DNA of 64,000 nucleotides from a virus: IMG/VR virus record IMGVR_UViG_3300022554_000003. One strand, written 5' to 3'. The notes beneath the pieces are model-generated. The model made no database searches, was not told the origin of the DNA, and was given only the letters and a program-made list of their open reading frames with translations. Below, piece by piece: positions 62,360-64,000 of the stretch; position 1 is the first letter of the stretch; every line of letters begins with the position of its first letter. Position numbers and translations under genes: made by a program.

Positions 62360-63026
62360 AGCACAAAGATTTCTCATAAGTAATCATAATAAAGAGAGTT
62401 TGAAATACCTTTATAATCGTGGGTTTACTGATGAGACTATAAAAAAATTTGGAATAGGTTATAATGATGACTTTAAATTATTTAATACAACCGATATAAG
62501 GAATTGCATAACAGTTCCATATTATGATATGAGAAATAGAATTGTAGCATATTATTGTAGGTCAATAGACAAGGATGCGGATATGAAACATATGTCATCA
62601 TTAAATTATCCTTTGCTTTACGAGAAGGGTCGTATGTTCTACAATCTTAATCAAGTTATTCATGAATATTATAATGGTACAGTGTTTATAGTTGAAGGTC
62701 AATTGGATTGTATAAGTATGGACCAAATAGGATTTCATAACACTATAGCAATTTGTGGGAATAAAATGACGCAAATACAACACGAAATTATTTACAGATA
62801 TTTCAATAAAGTTTATTTTGTACTGGATAACGATGAACCAGGTAAAAATGTGATAAAATTTTGGGAAGATAAAGAAGATGCTATGCATAAATACAGAAAA
62901 AAATACAAGAACATGATTTTGTATAAAGTGCAAATAGCTAAAGATGGAATGAAGGACGTCAACGACCTTTTGATTGCTGGAGTAGATGTTAAAAAGTATT
63001 TTAAAAAGATTCGTGAGAGATTGTAA
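62328..63026 (+). CDS. dnaG: DnaG-type primase catalytic core (RNA polymerase/Toprim) lacking the zinc finger
   Basis: LYNRGFTDETIKKFGIGY, ITVPYYDMRNRIVAYYCR, Toprim VFIVEGQLDCISM and YFVLDNDEPGKN. Confidence 0.75.
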   Translation: MNKMLIKEFIKAQRFLISNHNKESLKYLYNRGFTDETIKKFGIGYNDDFKLFNTTDIRNCITVPYYDMRNRIVAYYCRSIDKDADMKHMSSLNYPLLYEKGRMFYNLNQVIHEYYNGTVFIVEGQLDCISMDQIGFHNTIAICGNKMTQIQHEIIYRYFNKVYFVLDNDEPGKNVIKFWEDKEDAMHKYRKKYKNMILYKVQIAKDGMKDVNDLLIAGVDVKKYFKKIRERL

Positions 63027-63298
63027 TGGATGAAGTTTTCACTGTTAAAGAACTGGCTTCGTATTTGAAGGTGAAACCTGTCACAATTTACAAGCTTTGT
63101 GGAAGAAAACAAATACCAGCAGTGAAGATAGCTTCATTTTGGAGATTTCAAAAACATTCAATAGACCAATGGATGGAGGATAAAAGTTATGGCAAAGAAA
63201 AAAGAAAAGAAGGAATCGAAAAAGAAAGAACAGAAGGAACAAAAGGAAGAGAAGAATATAAAAAAGGAACAAAAGGATTTCGATTCTACTTTGAATGA
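63026..63298 (+). CDS. Excisionase-family/MerR-like HTH protein with K/E-rich tail
   Basis: FTVKELASYLKVKPVTIYKLCGRKQIPAVKIASFWRFQKHSIDQWM. The tail overlaps the recA start. Confidence 0.6.
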   Translation: MDEVFTVKELASYLKVKPVTIYKLCGRKQIPAVKIASFWRFQKHSIDQWMEDKSYGKEKRKEGIEKERTEGTKGREEYKKGTKGFRFYFE

Positions 63299-64000
63299 AA
63301 TAAACAAACAATATGGAGCTGGTACTATTGTAAAATTGAGTGATATTCCAACTATAAATGTTGATGCAATTCCAACCGGGGCACTTTCACTTGATTTGGC
63401 AATTGGTGTTGGTGGAGTTCCAAGAGGAAGAATTGTAGAAATATTTGGACCAGAATCTTCCGGGAAATCTACTCTTTGCTTGTCAATAATAAAGAATTGT
63501 CAAAAACTTAATGGTAAAGTAGTTTATATTGATGCTGAGAATGCAATGGATGCAAATTATGCAGAGGCGATTGGTGTGGATGTAAAATCTCTTGGTATAG
63601 TTCAACCAGATAGTGGGGAACAAGCATTAGATATAATTGAGAAGTTTGTTAAAGCAAATGTTGTAGACCTTATTGTTGTGGATTCACTTGCAGCTCTTGT
63701 TCCTAAGGAAGAACTTGAAGGGCATATTGGTGATAGAAAGATGGCACCACAGGCAAGAATGATGTCCACAGCTTTAAGACGTCTTACTGGGGTAATTGGT
63801 AAATCTAAGGCTTGTGTTATTTTTATAAATCAGGTAAGAGATGCTGTTGGTGCATATAGTCCAAATAAAAACTATAAGCCAATAAGTACCCCTGGTGGAA
63901 GGGCACTGAAATTTTACGCTTCTGTTCGTATAGAAGTAAGAATAAAAGAACAAATTGAAGGTAGTGATGGTTCTAAAATAGGAAATGTTGTAAAAGCGAA
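63189..64000 (+). CDS. recA: RecA recombinase (3' end outside the window)
   Basis: Not in the ORF track because no stop is reached. ATG 63189 behind GGAGGA. K/E-rich N-terminus, then INKQYGAGTIVKL, Walker A GPESSGKST, VVDSLAAL and FINQVR. Confidence 0.85.
   Translation, partial: MAKKKEKKESKKKEQKEQKEEKNIKKEQKDFDSTLNEINKQYGAGTIVKLSDIPTINVDAIPTGALSLDLAIGVGGVPRGRIVEIFGPESSGKSTLCLSIIKNCQKLNGKVVYIDAENAMDANYAEAIGVDVKSLGIVQPDSGEQALDIIEKFVKANVVDLIVVDSLAALVPKEELEGHIGDRKMAPQARMMSTALRRLTGVIGKSKACVIFINQVRDAVGAYSPNKNYKPISTPGGRALKFYASVRIEVRIKEQIEGSDGSKIGNVVKA

Noticed and set aside
63026-63298. Excisionase-family HTH considered as evidence for a temperate, integrating element
   Set aside because: No integrase, repressor/antirepressor pair or att-like repeats are seen in the window. 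This HTH type is also common in lytic phage regulators.

Overview
AT-rich, gene-dense window that reads as part of a large contractile-tailed (myovirus-type) bacteriophage genome. Every credible gene is on the + strand. The minus-strand ORFs in the track look like shadow ORFs.

Layout:
- 1-6.8 kb: virion-associated and unknown genes. They include a Thr-rich tandem-repeat protein, a free-standing NUMOD3/Vsr-like homing endonuclease, a GH108-type endolysin and small membrane proteins.
- 7-24 kb: a canonical tail module. Order is sheath, two paralogous tube proteins, chaperone with an A-AAA-AAG -1 frameshift, tape measure, hub with a LAS/M15-like peptidase motif, spike, gp25/W-like, baseplate J-like, fibre genes.
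- 24-26.6 kb: an XhlA-like membrane protein and a patatin-like phospholipase.
- 26.6-26.95 kb: a repeat- and palindrome-dense non-coding region.
- 27-64 kb: replication, recombination and nucleotide-metabolism genes. These are an SF2 helicase, DnaB-like helicase, FEN, a DnaG primase split into two distant genes, and a U32-like / glycosyltransferase / dCMP deaminase / UDG-like / dNMP kinase cluster. Further on come an orphan DNA methyltransferase island, a sigma-like factor, a dimeric-dUTPase-like protein and an intein-containing DnaE. The region ends with Mre11/Rad50, GroES, RusA and RecA (truncated by the window end).

Three tRNAs are present: Gln-UUG, Pro-UGG and Arg-UCU.

Most notable observations:
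1. The DnaE intein is broken into two separately translated ORFs exactly at the endonuclease/IntC boundary.
2. A T4-like nucleotide-modification gene set has a U32-family Fe-S enzyme candidate in the position where a base-modifying enzyme would be expected.
3. An internally deleted IS607/TnpB-type remnant encodes an HTH::TnpB-C-terminus chimera behind a perfect promoter and palindromic operator.
4. A stand-alone NrdD C-terminal glycyl-radical-like mini-protein plus a thioredoxin sits between two tRNAs.
5. A recurrent TAGTTA...TATTTATAA motif lies upstream of five genes.

I did not recognise a major capsid protein, portal, terminase or integrase in this window. All functional calls rest on motifs read by eye. 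No database search was run.
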